Sequence record: PP777464.1
Direction: 5' to 3' (one strand)
Length of the DNA: 64,000 nt
Shown here: positions 45,668-56,304 of the stretch, piece by piece
How positions within the stretch are numbered: position 1 is the first letter of the stretch
How the letters are laid out: each line of letters opens with the position of its first letter
Notes under the pieces: model-generated
The model's database searches: none
Told to the model about the DNA's origin: nothing
What the model saw: the letters and a program-made list of their open reading frames with translations, nothing else
Position numbers and translations under genes: made by a program

Positions 45668-46146
45668 TTACAACAGAATATGATTACGATGGTGTTTTAG
45701 AATTTGCATCTAACATTCATCGCATTGCAAAGGAGTTCAGAAGTCCCCAACCTTTCGGTGGAATGCCTTTTGGTGGAATGTTCCAATATGACCAATTCAG
45801 TTCAACCAAAGGAAGACTTGCCTTTAAAAATAATAAGGGCAATCAAGTATATGCTGAGTTCTTTGACGATAATGACTTTCACTACAGAGCTGAATATATT
45901 TCATATTGCCAAGGGTCTGATTTGAAGATTAACATTGATACATTTAGAGATTCAGTGTTTATCCCTTATAGTGAGTTAGTTTTCATGACAGAAGAAATGT
46001 ACTTCCAAGGGTCTTGTATTCATGATGCAAAAGTACTTAATGCTATATTACTTTATGGTGCACTACTTCATCATTACAAATACAAACAACGATTCTTTAT
46101 AGATTTAGTTGTATACCATCAATGCGTGGATTATTTGAATGCATAA
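45664..46146 (+). CDS. paralog family B protein
   Basis: MTEEMYFQGSCIHD. Confidence 0.8.
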   Translation: MITTEYDYDGVLEFASNIHRIAKEFRSPQPFGGMPFGGMFQYDQFSSTKGRLAFKNNKGNQVYAEFFDDNDFHYRAEYISYCQGSDLKINIDTFRDSVFIPYSELVFMTEEMYFQGSCIHDAKVLNAILLYGALLHHYKYKQRFFIDLVVYHQCVDYLNA

Positions 46147-46501
46147 TACAACAACAATTCAGTACATGACGGATGGCAATGATTGCTTTGCTTCAAGATA
46201 TGAATTCATCAAGAACCATTTCGTAACCTATATCCCTGAATATAATCAGTTTTATCTACAGATTTACCAAAATGATTCATATATGAATGAGATATATTCT
46301 GAAATAAAAATCCCTGATTATAGTACTTTATCAGAAGAGGAATTGTTTCAGGAGAGCACTGTCAATACTGAAGATGTGTACGAACTAATGGAATACCAGA
46401 AGGTACTTAAATATTTCCATGAAGTTCAGGATATACAAATGGATAGTGTTAAAACGTGGAATTATAACACATACGAGGTAAATTATGTTCGAAATGATTA
46501 A
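46139..46501 (+). CDS. paralog family B protein
   Basis: LSEEELFQESTVNT. Confidence 0.8.
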   Translation: MHNTTTIQYMTDGNDCFASRYEFIKNHFVTYIPEYNQFYLQIYQNDSYMNEIYSEIKIPDYSTLSEEELFQESTVNTEDVYELMEYQKVLKYFHEVQDIQMDSVKTWNYNTYEVNYVRND

Positions 46502-46898
46502 AATTATGCAACGATGCATTGTTGACCAACATGGAATATATGGATATAGTTTAAGTGCAGCTATTGACAAAAACAAAACAACATATGTAAGCTATAATGC
46601 AGTACTTGGATTTGATATATTCATTAATGCCAACAATAAAATCAAACAAGCCAAGGATGTATCTATAATGACCCCTGATGAGCTATTTCAGTACAGCTTA
46701 GTTCTGCCGGGCTGTATTGATTTACAACGTCTAGGAGCTATACAGAAGGTTTTACGCGAACATAAAGTACAACCAAATAAAATCACACACATTCCAGAAA
46801 CATTCTACAAACCCATAGAAGTAGAAACCCCTGATTATATGTTAAGTGATGATGAGTTCTACGAGAAACACTTCCCTGGTAAAGTTTGGAGAGACTAA
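46485..46898 (+). CDS. paralog family B protein
   Basis: MTPDELFQYSLVLP. Confidence 0.8.
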   Translation: MFEMIKIMQRCIVDQHGIYGYSLSAAIDKNKTTYVSYNAVLGFDIFINANNKIKQAKDVSIMTPDELFQYSLVLPGCIDLQRLGAIQKVLREHKVQPNKITHIPETFYKPIEVETPDYMLSDDEFYEKHFPGKVWRD

Positions 46899-47380
46899 TG
46901 AACCGAAAGTACAGAGAAACTATGAAGTTCGCTAAGGAGTGTTTAGAGACAGTTGATTTCATTTTCGATAACAAAGACTCATTGGGTCGCCACTTCGTAA
47001 TTACAAAGAAAGAAGATAAGAGATACAAATGTCAACGATTAGGATACAGTATTGAGTTCTCCTTAATGATTGATGGCATGATAAACTCCTTATATGAATG
47101 TGGTAAGACTGATTACATTTCATTTAGATCTTGGAGTGAACGTGTCATGTTCTTGACTCCAAATGGAGTTGTATATCCTTTTCTTGATGATTTATCAGAA
47201 GAAAGTTACTTTCAAAATAGTTTAATTTACACAGAAAAAGAACTCAAGATGCTATTCATTATGTCGTACTTTAAAAAGTACTGCAAATTTAAATCATTAG
47301 CTTTTGAGATTTCTGCAATGAAAGTATTCATTAAAAATGTAAAAGAATTAAAGAGGATTTACGATGTACATAGAAAATGA
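46898..47380 (+). CDS. paralog family B protein
   Basis: LSEESYFQNSLIYT. Confidence 0.8.
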   Translation: MNRKYRETMKFAKECLETVDFIFDNKDSLGRHFVITKKEDKRYKCQRLGYSIEFSLMIDGMINSLYECGKTDYISFRSWSERVMFLTPNGVVYPFLDDLSEESYFQNSLIYTEKELKMLFIMSYFKKYCKFKSLAFEISAMKVFIKNVKELKRIYDVHRK

Positions 47381-47906
47381 TAATGTAAAATGCATTGCCG
47401 ACATTTGTATAAAATTAATGAAAATTTTCATTAACCCAAAATACAAGACTCGTTCATTACGTCATGACATTGATGAACATTGTGTAATTACTATTCTAGG
47501 TAATATGCTTGATGTAAAGTACGATGGTAAATTGTTATTCGGTATACGAGAAGAGAAGATAGATGATGTCTTCTTTTCTCCTAAAGATAAGTTTGAACCT
47601 TCTGATTATAAAGTAATTATTCGTGATGATAGTATCTACATTAGTAGTGATCATTCAAATTACGTCGAACAGATATACACTGAAAATGTTGACTACAACC
47701 ATGAACTACTAGATTTACCAACATCAGACATAGATATGGAGAGAATCAAATTTTCATTATCAAATAATGAGTACTTAGGTATACAAACATATTATGCACT
47801 TCAGGGAAAGATTCCACCTGCGATGTATATAAGAATTGAGATTGGTAATGTATTCAATGAGAAGGTTATATCAATTGCTGATAAAATATTGAAGGTACAA
47901 TTATGA
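47364..47906 (+). CDS. hypothetical protein (family B motif weak)
   Basis: 180 aa ORF in operon; DMERIKFSLS only loosely matches. Confidence 0.75.
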   Translation: MYIENDNVKCIADICIKLMKIFINPKYKTRSLRHDIDEHCVITILGNMLDVKYDGKLLFGIREEKIDDVFFSPKDKFEPSDYKVIIRDDSIYISSDHSNYVEQIYTENVDYNHELLDLPTSDIDMERIKFSLSNNEYLGIQTYYALQGKIPPAMYIRIEIGNVFNEKVISIADKILKVQL

Positions 47907-48460
47907 ATTTTACTAATTATAATTTACATAGACTTGAATTACGTCATTGTATTGCATTTGCAAAAACATTAATGTGCATCATTGATACACTATCATCTAA
48001 AACTTTTCGAAAGGATAATGATTTATGCCTTAAAAAAGGTAAAGTACAAAAATACGATTATACAGATGAAACGTATTTTGATATCTTTTTGGGAACAAAT
48101 GATAGTACAAGAGTAGGATGTTTGGGAACAGTTGGAACACATTGCTTTACATGGAATCCAAATTCAAGTAAAGTACGAATTGACACCAACGATACATGTT
48201 ATGCTGACCTTAGTACTGAATCTGATTTAGAATCAGTTATGTTCCAACACATGTTAATTCATAAACCAAATGAAATTCTTTATCTTGTTGCTTTTAGTTA
48301 TCTCTTACAAAATTATAAATCAGGTTTTACTATTGAAACTGATATCGATGAGATTATGGATGAGATTCCTAGTTTAAAAGATATTCTTGAAGAAAAAGAT
48401 TTCTATCAGGACTTTAGAGATTTATACAACATGCACAGGGAGTTATCTGATAATGAATAA
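47903..48460 (+). CDS. paralog family B protein
   Basis: DLESVMFQHMLIH. Confidence 0.8.
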   Translation: MNFTNYNLHRLELRHCIAFAKTLMCIIDTLSSKTFRKDNDLCLKKGKVQKYDYTDETYFDIFLGTNDSTRVGCLGTVGTHCFTWNPNSSKVRIDTNDTCYADLSTESDLESVMFQHMLIHKPNEILYLVAFSYLLQNYKSGFTIETDIDEIMDEIPSLKDILEEKDFYQDFRDLYNMHRELSDNE

Positions 48461-48971
48461 AGATGATATTCTAATCAGACTAATCAACAGTCTGTTAAAA
48501 TTCGTGAATAGTGATAGCGATACACACAATGTAGGTGACATTGAATTCAAATCATTTGGAATGTACGGTGAGGACAAAACATATTATGCATCAATGAAAT
48601 TCCAAGATTATTATGAAATGTTAATTGCGTTAACATACGAAGATGTGGACCAAAGATGGAGTTCCAGTATTTCTCTGTCGAGAATGGTAATTCGTAGTAA
48701 ACATCGTTACATTTCGTCAAAGAATACTCCTAATTTGTTTGATATTGTTTTGAATGAAAATACCAACCCCCCATCTAAACATGATATCGTACCTTTAACT
48801 GATGAAGTACAGTTTCAATTGAGTACCATTTGTGATGAAGATGTGATATCATGTATGAAAATTTACGAGAAGATTGGTAGTGATATCCCTAAGAACTATT
48901 ACATAACAATAGATGGAACGTACCTCCGAGATGAGGCTCTAGCGTACATTGACAGCGTTTTACCAAAATAA
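48453..48971 (+). CDS. paralog family B protein
   Basis: LTDEVQFQLSTICD. Confidence 0.8.
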   Translation: MNKDDILIRLINSLLKFVNSDSDTHNVGDIEFKSFGMYGEDKTYYASMKFQDYYEMLIALTYEDVDQRWSSSISLSRMVIRSKHRYISSKNTPNLFDIVLNENTNPPSKHDIVPLTDEVQFQLSTICDEDVISCMKIYEKIGSDIPKNYYITIDGTYLRDEALAYIDSVLPK

Positions 48972-48991
48972 AGACCCTTATGGGTCTTTTT
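48970..48991 (+). terminator. intrinsic terminator
   Basis: AAAGACCC-ttat-GGGTCTTT + T. Confidence 0.75.
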
Positions 48992-49002
48992 GTGTTTAGT
49001 GC

Positions 49003-49031
49003 TTTACATGAGCATTCAGGTGTGTTATAAT
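49003..49031 (+). promoter_or_regulatory. sigma70-type promoter
   Basis: TTTACA-17-TATAAT. Confidence 0.65.
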
Positions 49032-49058
49032 CGCTTTTAACAGAGTACAGGAGAAGAT

Positions 49059-49622
49059 ATGAGTACTGAATTAATTAAAGAAATCACATTGTTGGTAAAG
49101 CATTGTTTTAAGTTCATTGATGATAATGGTTCACGCCAGTACATTAAAGTTAATGAGAAATATAACATTAACGTCCTAAAGAATGAAACCGTTAACAGTT
49201 ATGCAAACATTGAGTTAGATGTTGAGGACAAATACACCGCATTACACATCATTTCGTCCGGCGATAGAAAACAAGATTATCGTTCTACATTTTATGATGA
49301 TAGTGTTACTGTTGGTTATAAATTTCATAAAAATAAAATTGCTTATAAGAATACATACACACATGAAGTAATTGAAGAGTACAATTATAAAATTAAAAAA
49401 GACGAGTACGATGTACTTTTATTCAATGCGAACCTCATACACAACGCTGGTACTGTTCGCAATCTTATGTTAGCATATGAAATTCCAAAGATTATAGAAA
49501 GAAATGAATTGATAATCTTTAAAACTATATTAAAATTCAGTACAGAAGAATTAGAAGATCTAGTACTGGCTCTTAAGACGTTCATCAATGAACATGTACC
49601 TGTTAAATTAGAGGACTTATAA
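49059..49622 (+). CDS. paralog family B protein (divergent)
   Basis: EYDVLLFNANLIHN. Confidence 0.75.
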   Translation: MSTELIKEITLLVKHCFKFIDDNGSRQYIKVNEKYNINVLKNETVNSYANIELDVEDKYTALHIISSGDRKQDYRSTFYDDSVTVGYKFHKNKIAYKNTYTHEVIEEYNYKIKKDEYDVLLFNANLIHNAGTVRNLMLAYEIPKIIERNELIIFKTILKFSTEELEDLVLALKTFINEHVPVKLEDL

Positions 49623-50206
49623 TGCAAGCTGAACACATTCAAATTATGAAATTGATGCATGACATTGCAGAACTATCTGAAAAGCACAACATTACTGAAC
49701 ATGAGCCTATTGGAAATTATCGTCTTAAAGTTGAATGCAAATCACCATATCGTTTTGGTTCAGTAGTACTGGAGTCTTATAAAGTTTACGATTATGGAAC
49801 GACAAAAAAAGGTTCATGGGATACTATGGCAATGTATATCCGTACATCAAGGCATAGTGAGCGAATTGGTTCCATTACTCCAAACATGATATTTGTCAAT
49901 GCTTTACACGAAGATATTAATCGAATTGTTGAATCTAATTTTGATGACGTAGAGAATGATACATATTTGGAAATTCCACCAGAACTAGATCAAAGTGAAG
50001 ACATTCGTGAAGCATACATTTTCCAGAGATCAGTACTTGACAACTTCAAGGAGTTTGAGTACATGATGCTTTGCTATGAAACTGCAAAAGCTATTGACAC
50101 TGGTGAATTGGTAATGTATAGTAAGTTCATTAACTGTGAATCCGATACATTAAAAGAGCTACACACGGCAATCAAAAACATCAAGGATACATATGAACGC
50201 TTATAG
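49622..50206 (+). CDS. paralog family B protein
   Basis: IREAYIFQRSVLD. Confidence 0.8.
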   Translation: MQAEHIQIMKLMHDIAELSEKHNITEHEPIGNYRLKVECKSPYRFGSVVLESYKVYDYGTTKKGSWDTMAMYIRTSRHSERIGSITPNMIFVNALHEDINRIVESNFDDVENDTYLEIPPELDQSEDIREAYIFQRSVLDNFKEFEYMMLCYETAKAIDTGELVMYSKFINCESDTLKELHTAIKNIKDTYERL

Positions 50207-50771
50207 TTATATGACAGCCCGACACCAACAGCTATATGATATCAGTACAAAGATGCTACACATTGTTGGTAGTGCCAAAGAAATTAACAAACATTACCTC
50301 ATTCGTGATGTGTCATTTTCATCTAAATGTATGTCCAAAGAATATTACGATCACGGTATTCTTACTATTTCTGGTGCCAGGAATATTTGTATTGTAAAAA
50401 ATAATAGTAAAAGTAATGAAGAGTGCGAGATTAGATCCGATATCCAAATTAATGATGATGGAAGTTTTTCACACCATCCATTTCATATTAGTACTGTTGG
50501 TGTTTTATATAATATTAAAGTACTATTCGGTGATAAAGAGTATGAGTTAAAAGCTATCAATCCAGAATCAAGTACAGTTGATGAAGAACTGTTTCAGATG
50601 AGCACCGTTATACCTGAAGAGGTTCTTAGTACTGTTATTTTTTGTAGTTTAATTTATCACACATACAAAAAGTACCAGTTCGATTTCCACATTTTAGGAA
50701 CGTACATCTTCAATACTTTGAATGTTGATCGTTTAAAAGCATTAAATGCAGCAATGGATAAGGTGCTATAA
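50193..50771 (+). CDS. paralog family B protein
   Basis: VDEELFQMSTVIP. Confidence 0.8.
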   Translation: MNAYSYMTARHQQLYDISTKMLHIVGSAKEINKHYLIRDVSFSSKCMSKEYYDHGILTISGARNICIVKNNSKSNEECEIRSDIQINDDGSFSHHPFHISTVGVLYNIKVLFGDKEYELKAINPESSTVDEELFQMSTVIPEEVLSTVIFCSLIYHTYKKYQFDFHILGTYIFNTLNVDRLKALNAAMDKVL

Positions 50772-51199
50772 TGACAAGAGATGAATGCTTATACATATGG
50801 GATATAATTGAAACTACACTTTCAAATCCAGAAAATTATAAAACAAAAAAAAGACAACGACACAAAATATGGATAGATTTGTTCGTTGAGGGCATACACG
50901 CAGTGACTATTTGGGATTCACCGAGGGCATCATCATCTACTCTGTTGGACAATGAATGCATTGATTGCATTAATTCCAATTTTCATCTCTACGGTACTAC
51001 ATATTTCGGCACATTTCTGGATATTGAAAGTAAAGATGATATTGATTCACTTGCTTTACAATACGGAGTACTGTATGATACTAAATTAATTTACGATTTA
51101 GTACTAGCTTCTTATGTGTATAAATTAATGATGAAATATAATCATATTTCAGTTTCAGTTTATACTAAGGATATTCTTTCATTAAGAGACAAAACATGA
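50771..51199 (+). CDS. hypothetical protein (family B motif weak)
   Basis: DIDSLALQYGVLYD. Confidence 0.75.
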   Translation: MTRDECLYIWDIIETTLSNPENYKTKKRQRHKIWIDLFVEGIHAVTIWDSPRASSSTLLDNECIDCINSNFHLYGTTYFGTFLDIESKDDIDSLALQYGVLYDTKLIYDLVLASYVYKLMMKYNHISVSVYTKDILSLRDKT

Positions 51200-51702
51200 G
51201 TTTATTAAATGCACGAGAATTAGTTGAGATGTATGAGATCTTATCTTCATATAAAAATTCCCCAAAAGATGTAATTCTAAACAAAAAGTTCCATGTCAAT
51301 GTTGATCATATGAAAAATATAGATATGATTTCTTTAGTGGAAAGTCGTAAATCGGGTATTGAGCGTGATATCATGCGTTTGATTTATATTACCAAACCAT
51401 CATATACTAATGATAGTTCAATTAGTAATGAGACGTTTTTGTACACTCCTTATACTGATTGTACTTTAGTTTCAATGTCTAATCAGAAACAAGATACTAT
51501 CCAATTCATCAATACCAGTACTGATAACATTGAAGAAAATGAATTCCAAAACAATACATTAAGTTCATGTAGTAGTGTTATAACCTTTATGTCATATCTG
51601 TGGTCAATCAAATCAAATGCAATTGTATATAGTTCTAATTACACACAAGATTGTATTGTTGAATCATTTAAAGTTCTAAAGGAATACTATGAAAATAACT
51701 AA
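51196..51702 (+). CDS. paralog family B protein
   Basis: IEENEFQNNTLS. Confidence 0.75.
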   Translation: MSLLNARELVEMYEILSSYKNSPKDVILNKKFHVNVDHMKNIDMISLVESRKSGIERDIMRLIYITKPSYTNDSSISNETFLYTPYTDCTLVSMSNQKQDTIQFINTSTDNIEENEFQNNTLSSCSSVITFMSYLWSIKSNAIVYSSNYTQDCIVESFKVLKEYYENN

Positions 51703-52270
51703 TGATTTTATTAGAAGCTTAGTGCACCCTATGCTTGGTGTTATGAAAAAACTACAGACTCTACCTGAAGACAACGATTACAAGTTTAATCGTTTTGATT
51801 CGGATGTGTTTTGTATTGAAATGGAAATTAATAACAATCGTTATTTTCATTTAAAATTCAAAGAATCGTCGAGTTCGCACTACAACTTTGACATGAATTT
51901 TAAAATAAGCAATGATATTGAAGAAAACGCAATATCAAATCATATTAGCAGAAATGGTTTCATGCATAGAACTAATATGTTCAATAATAAAAACAGTATT
52001 ATATCTAAATGGAATCATCAATTCACTAAAATTTGTGATATTGATTGCAGTACATTTGGTGAAGAACAATACTTTCAGTTAAGTACAATACATGAACTTC
52101 CACCATATGATTGTGTAAAAACATGGTTTGATATTCATAATATAATTGATGATGCAATCGTACTTCCATTTGGGTTGTCAATATCATATACTGCACCTAA
52201 AACGTTTGTTTTTACTGAAGATATGATTATGAAAAAGATATGGGCGATGATGCCACTTATGCTTGATTAA
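51689..52270 (+). CDS. paralog family B protein
   Basis: FGEEQYFQLSTIHE. Confidence 0.8.
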   Translation: MKITNDFIRSLVHPMLGVMKKLQTLPEDNDYKFNRFDSDVFCIEMEINNNRYFHLKFKESSSSHYNFDMNFKISNDIEENAISNHISRNGFMHRTNMFNNKNSIISKWNHQFTKICDIDCSTFGEEQYFQLSTIHELPPYDCVKTWFDIHNIIDDAIVLPFGLSISYTAPKTFVFTEDMIMKKIWAMMPLMLD

Positions 52271-52281
52271 CGGAGAACTAC

Positions 52282-52833
52282 ATGAATCAAAGTCATGATC
52301 TTTTTAAATTATGTGCATCCAAAGATGTGGAAGGATGGGCAGATAAAATCAATACAATTATTAACCGTTATCTTGGCTTCTGTGCACGTTCACGAAGTGA
52401 AGGTTCAATGCGTTTCCAAATAACCATGACAATCGATGGTGTTACGATTTATGTCAACGAAGAACGTCTTGGTATTAATCTCTATGATAGTTGTGTCTTT
52501 GCTATTCACCAGAAAATGGGGGCAGGTTGGGGTTGTAATAATATGAACACCAATGCTTTTTTCTGGGTAGGTCATAGCAACACAGTACTTGATCCTTCAA
52601 AGAAATCAAACCTTTTAGATGATAATTTGGTATATGATTTAGCTTACTCTGAAGAACAACATTTCCAGTTAAGTACAATACATAGCTTAGTTCAATATGA
52701 AGATTGTATCAAAGCATTAGAATTATGCCATTCACTTGAACTTAAAGAAAAATTGATACAAATTTACCCACTGTTCTTCCATGAAGAAGTACAATGCACA
52801 CTAGATCATATTTTATATGGGTACGACAAATGA
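52282..52833 (+). CDS. paralog family B protein
   Basis: YSEEQHFQLSTIHS. Confidence 0.8.
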   Translation: MNQSHDLFKLCASKDVEGWADKINTIINRYLGFCARSRSEGSMRFQITMTIDGVTIYVNEERLGINLYDSCVFAIHQKMGAGWGCNNMNTNAFFWVGHSNTVLDPSKKSNLLDDNLVYDLAYSEEQHFQLSTIHSLVQYEDCIKALELCHSLELKEKLIQIYPLFFHEEVQCTLDHILYGYDK

Positions 52834-53432
52834 GAAAAAGTTATCAAGAAGCTATTGACCTAATTCGAGAAGTTATTAAGGTGGCTCCTGATGCGATAGC
52901 ATTCAAGAAGTCCCTATATAAAAAGTATGGTCCCATGTCAAGTATGTGCTGTCAAAAGAAACGTAGTAAATTCACTACGCAGTACTGGCATGATTCTATT
53001 ATCCTGAGTAATGAACATCAGCGTATTTTAACAATCGAATCAGTAGATAATCAATATGGTGAAGGAATGATTTGTGTTCCTGACTATGATGAAATTAATT
53101 TCAATTGTGGAGATTATGAGACTACATTATTATTACACGAGGGTTACCCTGAAGGTGATGTAATGGCAGAGTATAACCCAAAAACCAAAATACTGAAACG
53201 TGGTATGCAGTTCAAAATCAATAACAAAGATGATGTGGAAGCAGCACTAATGCAACTTAGTACTAGTGAACCTATCACTATTGATGTAGAAGAGTTATGG
53301 GGCATCATTTCAGTACTTAATGAGTGTTATAAAATTAAATCATTACACAAGTACGCTATCATTTTACATACTAATTGTGCAATGATAAAATGCAAGAACA
53401 TACAAGAGATGGCGGTTCCAGATGAACTTTAA
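52830..53432 (+). CDS. paralog family B protein (divergent)
   Basis: DVEAALMQLSTSE. Confidence 0.75.
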   Translation: MRKSYQEAIDLIREVIKVAPDAIAFKKSLYKKYGPMSSMCCQKKRSKFTTQYWHDSIILSNEHQRILTIESVDNQYGEGMICVPDYDEINFNCGDYETTLLLHEGYPEGDVMAEYNPKTKILKRGMQFKINNKDDVEAALMQLSTSEPITIDVEELWGIISVLNECYKIKSLHKYAIILHTNCAMIKCKNIQEMAVPDEL

Positions 53433-54006
53433 AGAAATAGAAAGTAAAATTAAGTACTTTAAAGATATTAAAAAACTTTGGGAAAAGTATAAAATTGATT
53501 ATCAATTCCAAGATGATGATACTGTTCAAAACATTGATATTAATATTCGTGTAAAGTTCAAGAATGGCAATTATGGCGAAGTTAAATTGAATGCTATTGG
53601 TGTATTCCTTAAGGATTATGATGGTTCTTCACTCGCTCAATTCGATTTCACACCTGATCCTGATGATATGTTATTGAGTGAAGTCAATGCATATGACCTT
53701 GAGATGTTTAATGGTAAACCTTTACTATTCCGCTTATCAGATGAATGGGATGAGATTTACTACACATACAAAGATGGTGTGATTCGAGACGCAAATGATG
53801 AAGTAGTAAATGATATGGAAGAACGTCTATTTCAAGAATCATGTGTGTCATCGGAGTCATATACATATCAATATCTACTTGACATGTTCGATTTGTATAG
53901 TAAAATAGATTCAGAAATGAGTACATTGGGTATTCATTATCTTACAATCAACGACTTTGCACAACTTGAAACAGCGGTTAAAGCCCTGGTCAAAGTACTG
54001 AAATAG
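53422..54006 (+). CDS. paralog family B protein
   Basis: MEERLFQESCVSS. Confidence 0.8.
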   Translation: MNFKEIESKIKYFKDIKKLWEKYKIDYQFQDDDTVQNIDINIRVKFKNGNYGEVKLNAIGVFLKDYDGSSLAQFDFTPDPDDMLLSEVNAYDLEMFNGKPLLFRLSDEWDEIYYTYKDGVIRDANDEVVNDMEERLFQESCVSSESYTYQYLLDMFDLYSKIDSEMSTLGIHYLTINDFAQLETAVKALVKVLK

Positions 54007-54015
54007 GAATGAATT

Positions 54016-54429
54016 ATGAAACTGTATCATGCGAGTACTGTAAAAATTGATAACTTTTATATCCCGTATGGTGGTCTTCATATGGGAGGTAAACACAGTG
54101 CTTTAGAAGCTGCATTACGCAAGCTTAGAAGCCCACTGAACGTTGTTGACGCTGATACAGTATACTTACATACCTTAGAAGTTGATGTTGATAACGTGCT
54201 TCGGTGGACGGATATGGGCAGTGATGACGAATGGCGTGGAGTGATTGAGTACTGCGAAATTAACGGCTATGATGCAGTTCAGTACAAAAACGATTACGAA
54301 CCAGATACAGTTCCTAGCTATATGATTTGGGATACGTCTAAGGTTCGCATTGTCGAAGTTGATGCTATGCACATGGATGACGCAGAAATGATCATCGAAG
54401 ATTTCCTTGATGAATATGAAGGTGTATAA
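54016..54429 (+). CDS. putative ADP-ribosyltransferase-fold protein
   Basis: N-terminal LYHAS, GLHMG..A, and late YDAVQYKNDYE..SYMIW pattern typical of small ART-like domains. Confidence 0.5.
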   Translation: MKLYHASTVKIDNFYIPYGGLHMGGKHSALEAALRKLRSPLNVVDADTVYLHTLEVDVDNVLRWTDMGSDDEWRGVIEYCEINGYDAVQYKNDYEPDTVPSYMIWDTSKVRIVEVDAMHMDDAEMIIEDFLDEYEGV

Positions 54430-54947
54430 TGATTGAACCTATGACAGTACTAGCACGTACTAAATTATTATTGAAGATTGCTGAAATATTCACTGTTCTT
54501 ATGTACAATAATAAAGACATAAATGACTTAGATATTAAGCAACCGTGGCAAATTACAAAGTTCACGGCGTTCCACCGATTGTCATATAATGGTGAAACTG
54601 TTCTTGATTTTAATCCAAAAGCCAAGTTCGTGAATTACGCTGCATTATATGGATGTAATGGTGGATTAACAAATGACTTCACTAAAATAAAAGTACAATC
54701 AGAATCATTAGAATTTAATGACTTACTATATCCAGAATTTAAGTTAACTGAAGAATCACTATTTCAGTACTCACTAATTATAAAAGATGTATATGATCTT
54801 GAGTACTACAAAGAGTTAGTAGATATTTTTAAGAATACTCGACTTTCAAAAGATATTGTGATATTCTGGTATGTTGAGTATGTTACAGAGGAATTGCTTG
54901 AAGAATTTCTTCTAAATATGACAGCAATCAAGGAGAAGTTATGTTAG
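54429..54947 (+). CDS. paralog family B protein
   Basis: LTEESLFQYSLIIK. Confidence 0.8.
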   Translation: MIEPMTVLARTKLLLKIAEIFTVLMYNNKDINDLDIKQPWQITKFTAFHRLSYNGETVLDFNPKAKFVNYAALYGCNGGLTNDFTKIKVQSESLEFNDLLYPEFKLTEESLFQYSLIIKDVYDLEYYKELVDIFKNTRLSKDIVIFWYVEYVTEELLEEFLLNMTAIKEKLC

Positions 54948-55414
54948 ACATTTTAGGAAACATCGATACAGCAAATTATTTTATTCAAGATGCACTGTTC
55001 AATACAGTACAGAAAGGGTTGGATGTACGATGTAATATCCATCAGGGAGATGGGTATTTTGTTGATATCACTGAAACACGCAAGAACGTGTTCAATTTAA
55101 ACATTACCACATTGACACGTCAAAACATTGCACGTATTTTGGTTAATAAAGATGAAATAGTTCTTCGTTATAATTCCAAATTCTTGTTCACATACAAGAA
55201 GAAGACTGACATGTTCAGTACTAATTTGTTTGATGAACCCTTCAATCTGGAAGACTTAGAAGCAACTTTCTTTACACAGAACACTATGCTGAAATTCAAT
55301 GATGTTGAATTTTCATCAGAAGTAATGTCTGAAACACTACAAATGGTTAAGGTAGTATTCTATGCTTTTCAACAGTTTAACGAAGAACGAAACAAGGTTA
55401 ACAACAACAGATGA
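54941..55414 (+). CDS. paralog family B protein (divergent)
   Basis: DLEATFFTQNTML. Confidence 0.75.
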   Translation: MLDILGNIDTANYFIQDALFNTVQKGLDVRCNIHQGDGYFVDITETRKNVFNLNITTLTRQNIARILVNKDEIVLRYNSKFLFTYKKKTDMFSTNLFDEPFNLEDLEATFFTQNTMLKFNDVEFSSEVMSETLQMVKVVFYAFQQFNEERNKVNNNR

Positions 55415-55775
55415 ACTAATCGCGGCGATGGGAGCCAATGAGAAATACTTCAATGGGATTCATTTTTTTAAAACGGATCTTAGTGAAAGTAAAGTACTAT
55501 ATGTGTATGGCTCCCAGTACTGCATTGTTACAAAGCACCCCGATGCGATTTCACTAAAATTTAATACTTATTCAAAAAACTTCTTGACGATTAATAAAAG
55601 CAATGTTACTATGTCTGGTATAGGGAATCAGGTTGTTGAGATTCCTTTGGACTCAATTGATTCTATTGAGTTCTTTCAATACGAGTGCTTAGGTGTTGAT
55701 TTTGGTACTGTCAGTACTGAATCTATGCGATCATTAATTAATTTACTTAAAGGTAAAGTTCATGCTTTTAACTAA
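55362..55775 (+). CDS. paralog family B protein
   Basis: IDSIEFFQYECL. Confidence 0.75.
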   Translation: MLFNSLTKNETRLTTTDELIAAMGANEKYFNGIHFFKTDLSESKVLYVYGSQYCIVTKHPDAISLKFNTYSKNFLTINKSNVTMSGIGNQVVEIPLDSIDSIEFFQYECLGVDFGTVSTESMRSLINLLKGKVHAFN

Positions 55776-56262
55776 TTCGATGAAGTATTCATTTAAAATT
55801 ATCAAAGAAATACTAAATGGATCTAAAAATCATAGTGGGTCTTCCTTTACTAGTGACCAGATCCAACACAGTACAAAGGATTGTACTGTAATCTTTGGGT
55901 TACATAGTCTGCGTTTGACAATAGTAAATAATATTGATAACACAGCAATTGTAATCACCCCATGTCATATTCAGAATGATACTGGTGTATACTTACACCA
56001 CATGGGGACTGTATTCTACATCTTCAATACTGAAGAAAACATTGTTAAAGAATACAACACACTCAATGTTGATGCTGGTGAGTTATTTCAATTGAGTACT
56101 GTCAATGATTGTAACTTCAGTGACAATGCAGAAGTACTTCCATTGTTTCTAAGTCTTCTCAATAACATGGAAAAACTAACCATTGCATACAACAAAAGTG
56201 ACGTACCGCAAGCAGTATTGAATATCACCGAAGCAATGGAGAAATACAAAGCTGTGACCTAA
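55762..56262 (+). CDS. paralog family B protein
   Basis: DAGELFQLSTVND. Confidence 0.8.
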   Translation: MLLTNSMKYSFKIIKEILNGSKNHSGSSFTSDQIQHSTKDCTVIFGLHSLRLTIVNNIDNTAIVITPCHIQNDTGVYLHHMGTVFYIFNTEENIVKEYNTLNVDAGELFQLSTVNDCNFSDNAEVLPLFLSLLNNMEKLTIAYNKSDVPQAVLNITEAMEKYKAVT

Positions 56263-56304
56263 TATATGTGCACATGGAGTGCCTTTGAAGATCAAGGATA
56301 GATC

